Of a stretch of 64,000 nt of DNA, positions 45,697 through 58,000 are shown piece after piece. The notes beneath the pieces were generated by a model. That model saw only the letters and a list, made by a program, of their open reading frames with translations. It had not been told where the DNA came from and did no database searches. Position 1 is the stretch's first letter. Each line of letters begins with the position of its first letter. The position numbers were made by a program, and so were the translations under genes. Origin of the DNA: Candidatus Latescibacterota bacterium (lineage in GTDB: Bacteria; Latescibacterota; UBA2968; UBA8231). Where the stretch lies: assembly GCA_965242865.1 (NCBI GenBank), contig CBDETK010000013.1, positions 5,312,001-5,376,000 of the forward strand. Reading direction: 5' to 3'.

Positions 45697-45968
45697 TGAA
45701 CTCCAGAGCAACCGCAGACTTCTGGGCGGCATTCTACCGTCTTCCCCGGTCCGTTCAAGCCCAAGCTGTCGTTGCTTACCGGAGATGGAGAAGAAACCCT
45801 CAACAAAGAGGGCTTTTTTTTAAGCAGGTCAAAAGAGGAACCCTGCCGATTTACTCCGTGAGAATCGGACGTGGATGGCGGGCTTTGGGCTATAAAGCCG
45901 ACGAAAACACTATGATCTGGTTTTGGATTGGCTCACATGCCGAATACGACCGTCTTCTTTCAGGATAA
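45693..45968 (+). CDS. RelE/ParE-like toxin
   Basis: Basic 91-aa protein with YSVRIGRGWRALG and WFWIGSHAEYD. Confidence 0.75.
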   Translation: MMNSRATADFWAAFYRLPRSVQAQAVVAYRRWRRNPQQRGLFFKQVKRGTLPIYSVRIGRGWRALGYKADENTMIWFWIGSHAEYDRLLSG

Positions 45969-46031
45969 AGAGTTTTACGAGATCCGTGAACAGCTCTCCG
46001 ATCAAGGATCAAAAAGGTACTCAAGACCAGC

Positions 46032-48326
46032 TTGCAAACAACACTTAACAAGGCCATCGGCTGGACGATCGCTGGGCTGGGGCTGATTTGCGGCTCGGTG
46101 ACAGCGCAAGGGGCGGTGCGCGTTGAAGTGCCCATTTTTGAGGGCGGCGCGGGCTTGGACTTTTTCTTTTTTGCCGCCCGCGAATACGAAAAGGTCCGTC
46201 CCGAGGTGCAGGTCGATCTCTACGGCGACCCGCGCATTGCCGACAAGGTGCGGGTGCGGATTCTCGAAGGAACTTTTCCAGAAGTCAGCAACGCCGGCCT
46301 CAACTACTGGGCGCTGATACGCAACGGCGAAATCCTGCCCCTCGACGCCTATCTAGACGGGCCGAGCTGGGACGGAGATCGGACTTGGCGCACGTCCTTC
46401 CTGCCCGGCAGCCTCGACCGCTATGAGCACGAGGGCCAGATTTACGGCATCCCCTTCCTCTATTCGGTGTACGCGGTCTGGTACAACAAAAACATGTTTG
46501 AGGAACACGGCTGGACGCCGCCGCGCACTTGGGACGAGTTTTTCGCCCTCTGCGAGCAAATCCGCGCCGCCGGGATTTGGCCGCTGGCCTTTCAGGGGCG
46601 TTATCCGGGCTATATCGCCGGCGTGACCGACAATGCGTATTACCACCTCGCCGGCCGCGCCCGGTTCTACGAGCAAAAGGAGCTGGTGCCGGGCAGCTTC
46701 GCCAACCCCGAATACGAGGCGGCACTCGGGCTCATTCAGCGCACGGCGCAGGAGTACTTCCAGCCCGGAGCCCTCGGCATGAGCCACACCGAGGCGCAGC
46801 TCGAATTTTTCTTGGACCACACCGCCATGGTCTTTTGCGGCTCTTGGCTCAAAAGCGAGATGATGGGCAAAATCCCCGAAGGCTTCCGCTTGGGCGCGTT
46901 TAATTTGCCCGTGGTCGAGGGCAGCGCCAGCGATCCCGGGGCCATCTACACGAGCGCGGGGTATTACTTTGTCTTCAAAAACAGCGCCCACCCCGAGCTG
47001 GGCGTGGACTTTTTGCGCTTTATGACCTCGCGGGACATGGCCGGCCGCTTCGCCGAGATGCGCGATGTTTTGGTGGCCGTTGATGGGGCGATGGAGGGGC
47101 GAACCAGCGAAGATTTGCAGGACTTGGTGGAGCTGGCGCGACGAGCGACGACCGCTTACGGCACGGCCCCAGGCGAAGGCTTCCCGGAGATGGACCAGTT
47201 CCTCAACGATGTGCGCTTCAAGATCGTCAATGGGCAGCTAACGCCGGAAGAGGGCGTCCAACAGTTGGAGTCGGCGGCTGAGGCCGTGCGCAATCGCAGC
47301 CAGCACCCCGATCAAGTTACCGTCCGCCACCTGTGGAAACCCGCGCTGCTGTTGGGGCTTTTGGTGCTGGCGATGGGCTATTGGTTGTACACCACAGCGC
47401 GGCAGTGGAGCGCAAGGCGGGTCGGCCAAGCTCCCCGGCCTACCAGTACCGTGCGCTTAGGCTGGGCTGGGGTGGGGTTTTTCGTGGGGCCGGCCGCGGC
47501 GTTCTACACGCTCTTCGTGGTGGTGCCCAGCGTCAAGTCCTTCGTCTGGAGCGCGATGCGCTGGGACGGGCTGACCGAGATGGTTTTCGTCGGGCTGTTG
47601 CACTTCCAGCGGCTGCTCTTTGAGAGCGACGAGTTCTGGATCGCGCTGTCGAACAACCTCTTCATCATGTTCGTCATCCCGCTCTGCGTGTTGCCGCTGG
47701 CGTTGTTTTTGGCGGTGTGCATCAGCCGCGAGCTCGTCGGCGCCAAGCTCTTCCGCATCGTCTTCTTCTTTCCCAACATTCTCGGCGGAGTCGCGGCGAC
47801 CCTGCTGTGGATGCACCTATACAATCCACAGGGCGGGCCGATCAACACGGTGTTGGTAGCTTTGGGGTTTGAGGGGTTTGCCGGCTTTGCGTGGCTGGCG
47901 CAGGACAACCTCTACTGGGCGTTGATACCCATGTCAATTTGGGGCGCGGCCGGGTTCAATATGGTGCTGTTTTTGGCGGCGATGGAGAGCATCCCGCAGA
48001 GCCTGTACGAGGCGGCCGACATCGACGGGGCCTCGGCTTGGCGGCAGTTTTGGTCGATTACCGTGCCGCTGATTTGGGAGGTGCTGTCAATCGCGATTGT
48101 GTTTATGATCATCGGCGGGATGAAGGCGTTTGAGGTGATTTGGCTGCTGACCAATCAGCGGCCGACGACCGACAACCACGTAATCGGGACGCGGATGGTG
48201 CAAGCCATGTTTACCGAGTTCAAGGTCGGGGAGGCCACGGCGATTGCCGTGTTGCTCTTTTTGATCGTGTTCTTTGGCACCACCGCGACCTTGCGCGCCA
48301 TGAAGCGCGAAGCCGTGGAGTTTTGA
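46032..48326 (+). CDS. Sugar ABC substrate-binding protein fused to a permease
   Basis: N-terminal SBP (YGIP, WYNKNMF, PRTWDEF) is continuous with a permease carrying SLYEAADIDGA. Confidence 0.85.
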   Translation: MQTTLNKAIGWTIAGLGLICGSVTAQGAVRVEVPIFEGGAGLDFFFFAAREYEKVRPEVQVDLYGDPRIADKVRVRILEGTFPEVSNAGLNYWALIRNGEILPLDAYLDGPSWDGDRTWRTSFLPGSLDRYEHEGQIYGIPFLYSVYAVWYNKNMFEEHGWTPPRTWDEFFALCEQIRAAGIWPLAFQGRYPGYIAGVTDNAYYHLAGRARFYEQKELVPGSFANPEYEAALGLIQRTAQEYFQPGALGMSHTEAQLEFFLDHTAMVFCGSWLKSEMMGKIPEGFRLGAFNLPVVEGSASDPGAIYTSAGYYFVFKNSAHPELGVDFLRFMTSRDMAGRFAEMRDVLVAVDGAMEGRTSEDLQDLVELARRATTAYGTAPGEGFPEMDQFLNDVRFKIVNGQLTPEEGVQQLESAAEAVRNRSQHPDQVTVRHLWKPALLLGLLVLAMGYWLYTTARQWSARRVGQAPRPTSTVRLGWAGVGFFVGPAAAFYTLFVVVPSVKSFVWSAMRWDGLTEMVFVGLLHFQRLLFESDEFWIALSNNLFIMFVIPLCVLPLALFLAVCISRELVGAKLFRIVFFFPNILGGVAATLLWMHLYNPQGGPINTVLVALGFEGFAGFAWLAQDNLYWALIPMSIWGAAGFNMVLFLAAMESIPQSLYEAADIDGASAWRQFWSITVPLIWEVLSIAIVFMIIGGMKAFEVIWLLTNQRPTTDNHVIGTRMVQAMFTEFKVGEATAIAVLLFLIVFFGTTATLRAMKREAVEF

Positions 48327-48328
48327 AC

Positions 48329-49186
48329 GTGGCCGAGCACCGCAAGTTTTCCTTTGCCAAACCCTTCGTCTACTTGGTGCTGTGCGGCTATCTGACGATT
48401 GTGGTCTATCCGATGCTGTGGCTGCTCTACACTTCCCTAAAGACGGACCGCGAGATTTTCCTCAACCCCTTCAGCCTGCCCGAGCTCGATGCCTTGCAGT
48501 GGATCAACTTTGCCAACGCTTGGACTAAGGGACACTTCGGCGACTACTTCTTCAACAGCGTCTTTTTGACCATCTCAACGGTGGGGGTCTCCATGCTGCT
48601 GGCGGCGATGGCGGCCTACGCGCTGGCCCGCTTTAGCTTCTTTGGGGTGCGGCCGATGTTTTTCTACTTCTTGGCCGGGCTGATGATTCCGTTGCAACTG
48701 TCCATTGTGCCGCTCTTTTTTCAGATGAAGGACTTTGGGCTGCTCAACTCGCGGCTGGGCATCCTGATAGTCTATGTGGCCTTTGGGATGCCGTTTGCCA
48801 TCTTTATCCTCACTGGGTTTTTCAAGTCATTGCCCTCGGGGTTGCACGAGTCCGCACTGATCGATGGGGCCGGGGAGTTCCGGGCGTTTTGGTCGATCAT
48901 GCTGCCGTTGGCGCGGCCCGGGCTTATTACGGTGGGCATCTTCGCCTTTTTGGGAACTTGGAACGAGTTTTTCATGGCCTTTATGTTCCTGTCTGGGGAG
49001 GGGTCGCAGGCGTTGCGCACCCTGCCGTTGGGGTTGGCCAACATCACCATTGTCAGCCAGTATCGCAGCGATTGGGGCATGGCCTTTGCCGGGTTGGTGC
49101 TGATCATGGCCCCGACGATGCTGGTGTATGCTTTCCTACAGCAATACTTGACGAAGGGGATCACTGTTGGGGCACTCAAGGGGTAG
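48329..49186 (+). CDS. Carbohydrate ABC transporter permease
   Basis: ESALIDGA, WNEF, ends GITVGALKG; in-frame GTG start after the upstream stop. Confidence 0.9.
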   Translation: MAEHRKFSFAKPFVYLVLCGYLTIVVYPMLWLLYTSLKTDREIFLNPFSLPELDALQWINFANAWTKGHFGDYFFNSVFLTISTVGVSMLLAAMAAYALARFSFFGVRPMFFYFLAGLMIPLQLSIVPLFFQMKDFGLLNSRLGILIVYVAFGMPFAIFILTGFFKSLPSGLHESALIDGAGEFRAFWSIMLPLARPGLITVGIFAFLGTWNEFFMAFMFLSGEGSQALRTLPLGLANITIVSQYRSDWGMAFAGLVLIMAPTMLVYAFLQQYLTKGITVGALKG

Positions 49187-49243
49187 AAAGGCATCGACGG
49201 CGCGATTGAAGTGAAGGCTGCTACCGATGACGCTTGCCATCGC

Positions 49244-50626
49244 CTACTCCCCCACCGCCCGCGCCGCCTCGCCTACGACCTCTGACAGCGCGGGATGCGC
49301 GTGGACGGTGCGGGCCACATCCTCGGCACTGGCACCGAACTCTAGGGCCAAGACGCCCTCGGCAATCAAGTGCGAAGCCTGCGGCCCTAGGATGTGCATC
49401 CCCAAGAGTTGGTCGGTGTGTGCATCGGCGACGACCTTGACTAGGCCGTCGGTGTCGTCCATGCAGTGGGCGCGGGCATTGCCGCGAAATGGGTACTTGC
49501 CGATGGTGACCTCGCGGCCGGCCTCAATGGCCGCTTCCTCGCTCGCGCCGACCGAGGCCAGTTCTGGATGGGTGTACACGACCGCCGGGATGGCCTCGTA
49601 GTTGACCTGTCCGGCGCACCCGGCCATCCGCTCGGCAACCGCGATTCCTTCGGCCTCGGCCTTGTGGGCCAGCATCGCCCCGGGCACGAGGTCGCCGATG
49701 GCCCAGATCCCCTCGACATTGGTGCGCCCTTGCCCGTCAACCAAGACCTGTCCCCGCTCGTTGATTGCCACGCCCACGTCTTCCAGCCCCAATCCCGCAC
49801 TGCATGGCTTGCGCCCCACAGCTACTAATACAAGATCGCACGGCTCGACGCGCTCCTGATCGTCGGCCGCTATGGTCAGCGTCACTTGGCCCTCTGCGAT
49901 CGCGGCCGCTTGGGCCTTGGCTCCGAGCAGGAATTGTAGCCCCTGTCGCTTGAGCAGCCGCTCTAGCTGCTGGGCCATCTCGCGGTCCATCCCCGGCAAA
50001 ATCTGCTCCATGGCCTCCACGACGAGCACTTGGACGCCCAGCCGCGACCACACGGACCCCAACTCCAGCCCAATGGCACCGCCGCCAATGACGACGAGCC
50101 GCTCAGGCACCTTTTCTAGGGTTAGGGCCTCGGTCGAACTGATTACGTGCTCGCGGTCAAAGGGTAGGTTCGGCAGCTCCACGGGCGCACTCCCGGTGGC
50201 CAGCAAAATGTGCTTGGCTGACAGCACCTGTTCGCCATCGGCACCCTGCACCGCCACGCTGCCCGGGGCGAGGACTTGGCCCGCGCCGACGAAATGCGTC
50301 ACTCTTCGGCCCTTAAACAACCCCTCAATGCCCTTGGTCATGGTTTGGACGATCTTCTCTTTCCGCGCCATCATGGCCCGCAGGTCCAAGCCCACTTCGC
50401 CCTGCCCGATGCCGTGGTGCGCCAACCCCTTCTTGGCCCTGTAGAACAAGGCACTCGACTCCAGTAGGGCCTTGCTGGGGATGCAGCCGACGTTGAGGCA
50501 GGTGCCGCCGAGGTAGTTTTTGTCGATGCAGGCCACCTTCATGCCGAGTTGCGCCGCCTTGCTCGCGGCTACGTAGCCGCCGGGTCCTGCGCCGATGACC
50601 ACTAAGTCGAATGCAGTATCGCTCAC
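49244..50626 (-). CDS. lpdA: Dihydrolipoyl dehydrogenase (E3)
   Basis: GAGPGGY, GGTCLNVGCIPSK, HAHPALSE. Confidence 0.95.
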   Translation of the reverse strand: MSDTAFDLVVIGAGPGGYVAASKAAQLGMKVACIDKNYLGGTCLNVGCIPSKALLESSALFYRAKKGLAHHGIGQGEVGLDLRAMMARKEKIVQTMTKGIEGLFKGRRVTHFVGAGQVLAPGSVAVQGADGEQVLSAKHILLATGSAPVELPNLPFDREHVISSTEALTLEKVPERLVVIGGGAIGLELGSVWSRLGVQVLVVEAMEQILPGMDREMAQQLERLLKRQGLQFLLGAKAQAAAIAEGQVTLTIAADDQERVEPCDLVLVAVGRKPCSAGLGLEDVGVAINERGQVLVDGQGRTNVEGIWAIGDLVPGAMLAHKAEAEGIAVAERMAGCAGQVNYEAIPAVVYTHPELASVGASEEAAIEAGREVTIGKYPFRGNARAHCMDDTDGLVKVVADAHTDQLLGMHILGPQASHLIAEGVLALEFGASAEDVARTVHAHPALSEVVGEAARAVGE

Positions 50627-50723
50627 GATTTTCCTCTTTGCGTGATTAGTCAGACAGTCACCTGACGAACTTCCAAATGTCGCCAAACGAGAAATGATCG
50701 AACGTTTTTAGGTGGTAGAATGT

Positions 50724-50738
50724 TGGCACGGCTTTTGC
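50724..50738 (+). promoter_or_regulatory. Sigma-54 promoter consensus, antisense to sucB
   Basis: TGGCACGGCTTTTGC is an exact TGGCACG-N4-TTGC match in the sucB-lpdA gap. Confidence 0.6.
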
Positions 50739-50843
50739 GATACAGGGAAGAAGACGAATCCTACGGAATCTCGGCCGAAGAGCATGTCTTTTTACCTTTT
50801 TGCCCATCGGCGTTTCTTCGCTAAGACCGGCGACAACCGCCCG

Positions 50844-52085
50844 CTACACCTCTAGTATCAAGCGCGCCGGATCCTCCAACAGTTCCTTTATCCGCACTAA
50901 AAACGAAACCGACTGCTGGCCATCGACGAGCCGATGATCGTAGGACAGCGCTGTGTACATCATCGGCCTGATCGCCACTTGGCCCTCCACGGCCACGGGC
51001 CGCTCTTGGATCGCGTGCATTCCCAAAATTCCACTTTGCGGCGCGTTTAGAATCGGCGTAGAAAGCAGCGAGCCAAAAATCCCGCCGTTGGTGATGGTAA
51101 AGGTGCCGCCGCTTAGCTCGTCCATGGCCAGCTTGTTGTCGCGGGCACTCAGCGCGAGCCGCTTGATGTTGCTTTCGAGTTGGGCAATGGACATCTGATC
51201 GGCACGGCGCAAGACCGGCACGACGAGCCCGCGCTCCGTGCTCACCGCGATCCCCAAGTTGACGAAGTCGTGATACACAATGTGCGCGTCGTCAATTTGC
51301 GCGTTGATCGCCGGAAATTCGCCGAGGGCGAGGATAGTGGCGCGCGAGAAAAAGGACATCAGTCCCAGCGACGCGCCGTGGACTTGGGCAAAGCGCTCCT
51401 TGTACTTGGCCCGGAGCTGCATCACCGCGCTCATGTCGATTTCGTTGAAGGTCGTTAGCATGGCCGCATTGTGCTGGGCAGCGACCAAGTGCTCGGCAAT
51501 GCGCTGGCGGAGTCGGCTCATCGGCTCGCGCCGGATGGGGTCGGGACCGGCGGGCGCAGGCGGCGGCGCAGGTTCGGGCGCAGGAGGTGGTGCAGGTTTG
51601 GGCACAGGCGGCGGTTCGGGCGCAGATGCGGGTTCGGGCGCAGGCGGCGGCGCAGGTTCGGCCGGCGCGGCTAGCGTCTCTAAGTGGGCGAGCACATCCT
51701 TTTTTGTTAGACGCCCATCCTTGCCGGTGCCCTCGATGGCGGCCGGGTCCAATTCGTGCTCTTCGACTAAGCGGCGCACGGCTGGACTTAGGACGGGTTC
51801 GGGCGCAGCCGGCGCGACCGCGCTCGCCGGCGCTGGTGCGGCCGATTCTTCGGCGGCCGCTATTTCCGCGACTACCGCTCCTATCTCCAACGTGGTCTCA
51901 ACAGGTTGTAAGTGGTTGAGGGTGCCGCTGGCTGGGGACGGCAGATCGACGTTGGCCTTGTCGGTCTCTAGGACGCAGATCGGCTCGTCCTGCTCGACGC
52001 GCTCGCCATCGCCCTTGAGCCATTCGAGGAGAATGACCTCGCTGACCGATTCGCCCATGCTCGGTATTTCGACTTGTACTGACAT
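50844..52085 (-). CDS. sucB: Dihydrolipoyllysine-residue succinyltransferase (E2o)
   Basis: Lipoyl domain ETDKA, E3-binding [12 protein letters not shown], catalytic YDHRLVDG. Confidence 0.95.
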   Translation of the reverse strand: MSVQVEIPSMGESVSEVILLEWLKGDGERVEQDEPICVLETDKANVDLPSPASGTLNHLQPVETTLEIGAVVAEIAAAEESAAPAPASAVAPAAPEPVLSPAVRRLVEEHELDPAAIEGTGKDGRLTKKDVLAHLETLAAPAEPAPPPAPEPASAPEPPPVPKPAPPPAPEPAPPPAPAGPDPIRREPMSRLRQRIAEHLVAAQHNAAMLTTFNEIDMSAVMQLRAKYKERFAQVHGASLGLMSFFSRATILALGEFPAINAQIDDAHIVYHDFVNLGIAVSTERGLVVPVLRRADQMSIAQLESNIKRLALSARDNKLAMDELSGGTFTITNGGIFGSLLSTPILNAPQSGILGMHAIQERPVAVEGQVAIRPMMYTALSYDHRLVDGQQSVSFLVRIKELLEDPARLILEV

Positions 52086-52093
52086 AAATGCTC

Positions 52094-54910
52094 CTAACCA
52101 GATTGCCGCTGCTGATGCAGCACTATTTTGCGGCTTCGGCCCAATGCCTGCTCGACGATTTCCCGTTGCTCGGTTTGGTGGAGGAGTCCCGAACCCGTGG
52201 CCGGACTAGCCGCTTCGTCGCGGCCCACGTAGTTCAACTCGCAGTGTGCGGGCAACAGCTTATCTAGGTGAGGCTGGACAAAGAACCAAGCCCCCATGTT
52301 CTGCGATTCTTCCTGCACCCAGTAGAACTGCTTGGCCGCGGGGTAGCGGTTGAACGCCGCTTGGAGTTCGGCGGCCGGGAACGGATACAGCTCCTCGACG
52401 CGCAGCAACGCCACCTCATTGCCGTCTTTCTGCTGGCTGCGGGCAGTTACCAAGTCGTAGTAGATTTTGCCGGTGCATAGCACGACCCGATTGACGGCGG
52501 CTGGATCGTCGATGTCCGCGTCGTCAATGACCCGCTGGAACGTCCCCGCGGAAAATTCTGTTAGCGCTGAGACGCATTGCTTGTGCCGCAGGAGGCTCTT
52601 GGGAGTCATCAGCACCAGCGGCTTGCGGAAGTTGCGGTGGACCTGCCGCCGCAAGACGTGAAACAATTGCGCGGGCGTGGTCGGATAGGCGACCTGCATG
52701 TTGTTTTTGGCGCACAGTTGTAGGAAGCGCTCCAGCCGCGCACTGGAGTGCTCTGGCCCCATGCCTTCGTAGCCGTGCGGCAACAGCAGCACCAAGCCGC
52801 TCATGCGCTGCCACTTGGTTTCGGCGCTGGAGAGGAATTGGTCGATGATCATCTGCGCGCCGTTGACAAAGTCGCCGAACTGGGCCTCCCACAAGACCAA
52901 GCGCCGCGGGTCCGCCGAGCTGATGCCGTATTCAAAACCGAGCACCGCCAGCTCCGACAGCATGGTATTGAGCACCATGAACTCGGCTTGATCTCGCTCC
53001 AAGCACTGTAGGGGGATGTGCTCCGCGCCCGTTTCGGTGTCGTGCCACACGGCGTGGCGGTGGGCAAAGGTGCCGCGCTGGCTATCTTGGCCGGTCAGGC
53101 GCACCGGCACCCCCTCCCGCAGCAACGAGCCAAAGGCCATCACCTCGCTACAGCCCCAGTCGATGGGGGCCTGACCGGCGGCCATGGCGCGGCGGGCCTT
53201 GACCATCCGCTCAATGGTGCGGTGCGGAGAAAACCCTTCGGGCACTTGGGTCGCTCGCTCGACGATCCGCTGCAAAATTTTGGCATCGACAGCCGTGTGG
53301 GCACTCCAGTCGTCGGGTGCCCAAGTCAGGCCCTGCCAGACCCCTCCAAAAGACGCGGTGTGGGGCTGGACTTGGAGGCGACGGGCGATTTGCTGGGCCT
53401 CTTCGAGCCGGGTGCGGACCCGCGCGCGGATATCGTCGGCTTCCTCTTGGGATATTTTGTTTTGGGCCATGAGCTGGAAGGAATACAGGTGGAGGATCGT
53501 CGGATGCTCGGCGATCTTCTTGTACATCAGCGGCTGGGTTAGGGTGGGGTCGTCGGCCTCGTTGTGCCCGTGGCGGCGATAACACCACAAATCGATGATG
53601 ACATCCACCTTGAAGCGGTGCCTGAACTCCATCGCCACCTGCGCGGCTTGGATTACGGCTTCGGGATCGTCGGCGTTGACGTGAAAGACCGGGGCCTGAA
53701 TCTCCTTGGCTACGTCGGTCGGATAGGGGGTAAAGCGCGTCTCATTGGCCTGCGCGGTGTAGCCGAGTTGGTTGTTGATGATGACGTGGATGGTGCCGCC
53801 GGTGCGGTAGCCGGGCAGTTCGGAAAGATTGAGCGTCTCCGAGACGATTCCTTGGCCGGTAAAGGCGGCCTCGCCGTGGATGAGCACCGGGACCACCCGC
53901 GCCCCTTCTGAGTCGCGCAAGTACGCCTGCTTGGCATAGACGATGCCCTCAATGACCGGATCCACGAGCTCTAAGTGGCTGGGGTTAAAACTGAGCGAGA
54001 GATGGACCTTGCGCCCCTCGTCGGTGACGTGGTCGCAGGAATAGCCCTTGTGGTATTTGACGTCGCCCTCGTCGTCGTCGCGGTCCGTGCGGTCCGTGCC
54101 CTCAAACTCGGCGAGAATTTCTTCGTAGGGCTTGTGCAAAAGATGCGCCAGCACGTTGAGCCGGCCGCGATGGGCCATGCCAAAGACCATCTCTTCAACG
54201 CCCAGCTTGGAGCCGGTGTCGACCAACTCGTCCAAGAGCGGCACCAAGGACTCGCCCCCTTCGAGCGAAAAGCGCTTTTGCCCGATGTAGCGCGTGTGCA
54301 AAAACTGCTCAAACTCCTCGGCGGCGATGAGCCGGGCGAGCACGCGGTGCGCCGCTTCTGCGGACAAATTGGGGTTGTTGAGGCAAGGCTCGATCCGCTC
54401 TTGCAGCCAGTCGCGCTGCTCCTTGTCGGGGATGTCCATGTATTCGACGCCAATGGAGCGGCAATACGTGGTTTTCAGCTTGCTCAACAGCCCCTTGAGG
54501 GTTCCGTCCGTGCGCCCGAGGAAGCCGCCGTTGCCGACAGCCCTTTCGAGGTCCTCTTCGGTGAGGCCAAATTCCATCAGATCCAACAGCGGCAGGCTCT
54601 CGCGGTCGTCCCCCAGCGGGTCGAGCCGGGCGACGAAGTGCCCCATTTGCCGATAGGCTTGCACGAGGGCGCGGACGCCTTCGAGGGCCAAAAGGCCCTC
54701 AAAAGCCTCTATCTGGGACTGCTGCGGCGAGGCTTCGGCTGGTTCGACTGCTGCGGCTGGTTCGCCAGCGGTCTCAGAGCGTGCGAAGCCAAATTCAAAG
54801 CCGCGGAAGAAGTGCTGCCACTCTGCTGGGAGCGCGCTGGGGTCGCGCTGGTACTGGGCGTAAAGGCCCTCGACGTACTCGGCGTTTTCACTGTGCGTAG
54901 CAAATGACAT
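52094..54910 (-). CDS. sucA: 2-oxoglutarate dehydrogenase E1
   Basis: [46 protein letters not shown]. Confidence 0.97.
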   Translation of the reverse strand: MSFATHSENAEYVEGLYAQYQRDPSALPAEWQHFFRGFEFGFARSETAGEPAAAVEPAEASPQQSQIEAFEGLLALEGVRALVQAYRQMGHFVARLDPLGDDRESLPLLDLMEFGLTEEDLERAVGNGGFLGRTDGTLKGLLSKLKTTYCRSIGVEYMDIPDKEQRDWLQERIEPCLNNPNLSAEAAHRVLARLIAAEEFEQFLHTRYIGQKRFSLEGGESLVPLLDELVDTGSKLGVEEMVFGMAHRGRLNVLAHLLHKPYEEILAEFEGTDRTDRDDDEGDVKYHKGYSCDHVTDEGRKVHLSLSFNPSHLELVDPVIEGIVYAKQAYLRDSEGARVVPVLIHGEAAFTGQGIVSETLNLSELPGYRTGGTIHVIINNQLGYTAQANETRFTPYPTDVAKEIQAPVFHVNADDPEAVIQAAQVAMEFRHRFKVDVIIDLWCYRRHGHNEADDPTLTQPLMYKKIAEHPTILHLYSFQLMAQNKISQEEADDIRARVRTRLEEAQQIARRLQVQPHTASFGGVWQGLTWAPDDWSAHTAVDAKILQRIVERATQVPEGFSPHRTIERMVKARRAMAAGQAPIDWGCSEVMAFGSLLREGVPVRLTGQDSQRGTFAHRHAVWHDTETGAEHIPLQCLERDQAEFMVLNTMLSELAVLGFEYGISSADPRRLVLWEAQFGDFVNGAQMIIDQFLSSAETKWQRMSGLVLLLPHGYEGMGPEHSSARLERFLQLCAKNNMQVAYPTTPAQLFHVLRRQVHRNFRKPLVLMTPKSLLRHKQCVSALTEFSAGTFQRVIDDADIDDPAAVNRVVLCTGKIYYDLVTARSQQKDGNEVALLRVEELYPFPAAELQAAFNRYPAAKQFYWVQEESQNMGAWFFVQPHLDKLLPAHCELNYVGRDEAASPATGSGLLHQTEQREIVEQALGRSRKIVLHQQRQSG

Positions 54911-55061
54911 AAAACCTCCAACTGCATGGGCTAGGCTAGATGCCTAGACGCCAGAAAAATAGCCACGTAAGTACGTAGGTGCAAAAAGCCGCTCTCAATC
55001 CTTGAGCGTTTTCGCGGCAACTCCTACATTTATCGCCCCATTCCCTCTTAGAAAGTATCCC

Positions 55062-58000
55062 ATGCTCCTCGCCTTTGTCGGCCCCCCGGCCCTGTCGTCC
55101 CTGCGCCGCCGGTCGCTCCTAGCGCGCTGCCAGCGCGCCGCGCCCGAGATTGAAGAACTGCGCGCCACGTACTTCTATGCCGTGCAATGCACGCGCGCCC
55201 TAGCGGACGACGAGCGGGCGCGGCTGATGCGCCTGCTCAACGTACATGCGGCCCTGCCCGCGCCAGCCCCCCACGAGGTTGCCATTGGCCCGCGCCCGGG
55301 CACGACGTCTCCGTGGTCGAGCAAGGCCACCGACATCCTCAAAAATTGCGGCCTCGAATTCGTGCGCCGCGTCGAGCGCGGTACGCGCTATGCCTTTGCC
55401 GGCGATACAGTGCCCAGCGCGGTCTTGCCGCTGCTCTACGACCGCATGACCGAGGCACCGCTCGCCTCCTTAGCGTCCCTCTTTCGCCGCGTGGAACCCA
55501 CGCCGCTCACTTACATTCCGGTGCGGGCCGAGGGGCGGCGGGCACTCGTGGCGGCCAACCGCGCGATGGGCTTGGCCCTCTCAGACGAGGAAATCGACTA
55601 CGCGCTCCACGCCTTTGCCGACCGCGACCCGACCGACGTGGAGCTGATGATGTTTGCGGTGGTCAACTCCGAGCACTGCCGCCACAAAATTTTCAATGCC
55701 GATTGGATCATCAACGGCCAGTGCCAAGCCCACTCGCTCTTCGACATGATCCGCCACACCCACACTGCCCACCCCCAAGGCACGGTGAAGGCGTATTCGG
55801 ACAACGCCGGCGTAATCGAGGGATTTGCCGTGCCGGTCTTCGGCCCGGACGAGGGCTTCCGCTATGGATACCGCCGGCGCCAGACTCACGTCTTGATCAA
55901 GGTCGAGACCCACAACCATCCCACCGCCATCGCGCCCTATCCCGGCGCTTCCACCGGGGTCGGCGGCGAAATCCGCGACGAAGGGGCGGCCGGTACGGGC
56001 GGCTGGTCGCAAGCGGGCCTGTGCGCCTTTTTCACCTCCCACCTGCGCCTGCCCCAGTTCGCCCAGCCGTGGGAAAAAAAGTGCGCCGCCTTCCCGGACC
56101 GCTTGGCTTCCCCGCTCGCCATTATGACCGAAGGGCCGGTCGGCGGCGCGGCCTTTGGCAATGAATTCGGCCGGCCCAACATCTTGGGGGTGTTCCGCAC
56201 CTTAGAAGACGACAGCACCGGGGCGTGGCGCGGCTACCACAAGCCGATCATGGTCGCCGGCGGCGTGGGCCTCATCGACGCCGCGCACGTCCAAAAGAAA
56301 ACGCCGGCCGCGGGCGATTGCGTCATTCAGCTCGGGGGGCCGGCCATGCTCATCGGCCTCGGCGGCGGCGCGGCCTCCAGCATGGACACTGGGGCCAACC
56401 GCGAGGACCTCGATTTTGCCTCGGTGCAGCGCGACAACCCGGAGATGCAGCGCCGCTGCCAAGAGCTAATCAGCCGCTGCATCGCGCTCGGCGCGGAAAA
56501 CCCCATCGTCAGCATCCACGACGTGGGGGCCGGCGGCCTGTCCAACGCCTGCCCGGAGCTGGTCGCAGACGTGGGTGCGCACTTTGACTTGCGCGCCATT
56601 CACAACGACGATCCGGGCATGAGCCCCATGCAGATTTGGAGCAATGAAGCGCAAGAGCGCTACGTGCTGGTGGTGGGCCGCGCTAATTTGGCTCGCTTTG
56701 CCGAGTTGGCCGCCCGCGAGCGTTGCCTGTTTGCGGTCATCGGCGAGGTCACGGGCGACGGCACGCTCTCCCTCGAGGACTCGCTCCTCGGCGGCAAGCC
56801 CATCGACGACCTCGACCTAGCGGTCATTTTGGGCAAGCCGCCCAAGATGCTGCGCCGGGTCACGCGCAGCCAGCCCGTGCTGCCGCCCCTCGCCTTGGCG
56901 ACTCCCTCCATCGCCGAGGCGGCCGAGCGCGTACTCCGCTTCCCAGCCGTAGCGGCCAAGACCTTCCTCATCGCCATTGCCGACCGCACGGTCACCGGCT
57001 TGGTGGCCCGCGATCCAATGGTCGGCCCCCATCAAGTGCCGGTCGCAGATCTGGCCTTGACCTGCCACTCCTTTCAGGGGACGACCGGGTCGGCCATGGC
57101 CATGGGCGAGCGCACCCCCCTCGCCTTAGTGGATGCGCCGGCGTCCGGGCGCATGGCCATTGCCGAGGCCATCACCAACATCGCCGCGGCGTCCATCGGC
57201 TCGATCCACCGCATCAAGCTGTCGGGCAACTGGATGTGCGCCTGCGGCGAAGAAGGCGAAGACGCGGCCCTGTACGACGCGGTGCGCGCCGTGGGGTTGG
57301 AGTTTTGTCCGGCGCTGGGGGTATCCATCCCGGTGGGCAAAGACTCCCTGTCCATGCGGGCCGTGTGGGAAGACGCCGAGGGCACCGCGCACAAGGTGGT
57401 CGCTCCTTTGAGCTTGGTCGCGTCGGCCTTCGCGCCCGTCAAAGATGTGCGCCGCCACGCCACACCCGCCCTAAAGCGCGGCGACACCCGGCTCCTGCTC
57501 GCCGACTTGGGCCGGGGGCAAAATCGCCTCGGCGGCTCTTGCCTCGCCCAAGCGTACAACCAAATCGGCCGCGAGGTCCCGGACGTAGCAGCCCGCGAAG
57601 TCCGCGCCTTGTACGAGGCCGTGCAGACGTTGCTCGATCAACAGCTCGTGCTCGCGTACCACGACCGCTCCGACGGCGGCCTCTTCGCGGCCGTGGCCGA
57701 GATGGCCTTTGCCGGCCGCTGCGGCGTGGAGCTGGAAATTGCCGCGCTGGGCCGCGATCCGCTCGCCGCCCTCTTTTGCGAGGAAGTGGGCGTCGTGATC
57801 CAATATCGCGCCGAGGATGAGTCGGCCGTGCATCAAGCCTTTGCGGACCAAGGCATTGCCGACTGGGTCCACGACGTGGGCCGGCCCGTGGACGCCTTGC
57901 ACCTGCGCGTTTGTAGCGGCGGCGAGCTCGTCTATGCGGCTCCCCTGCTCGACCTCCAAGCGGCGTGGGCTGAGCTGACGTATCGGATGCAGGCCCACCG

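Noticed and set aside
39968-45968. Integron-like array of unrelated short co-oriented genes
   Set aside because: No integrase and no convincing RYYYAAC..GTTRRRY attC hairpins were found between the genes.
51545-51670. Imperfect PAPPPAPE repeats in sucB
   Set aside because: This is the ordinary Pro/Ala-rich linker of E2 subunits.
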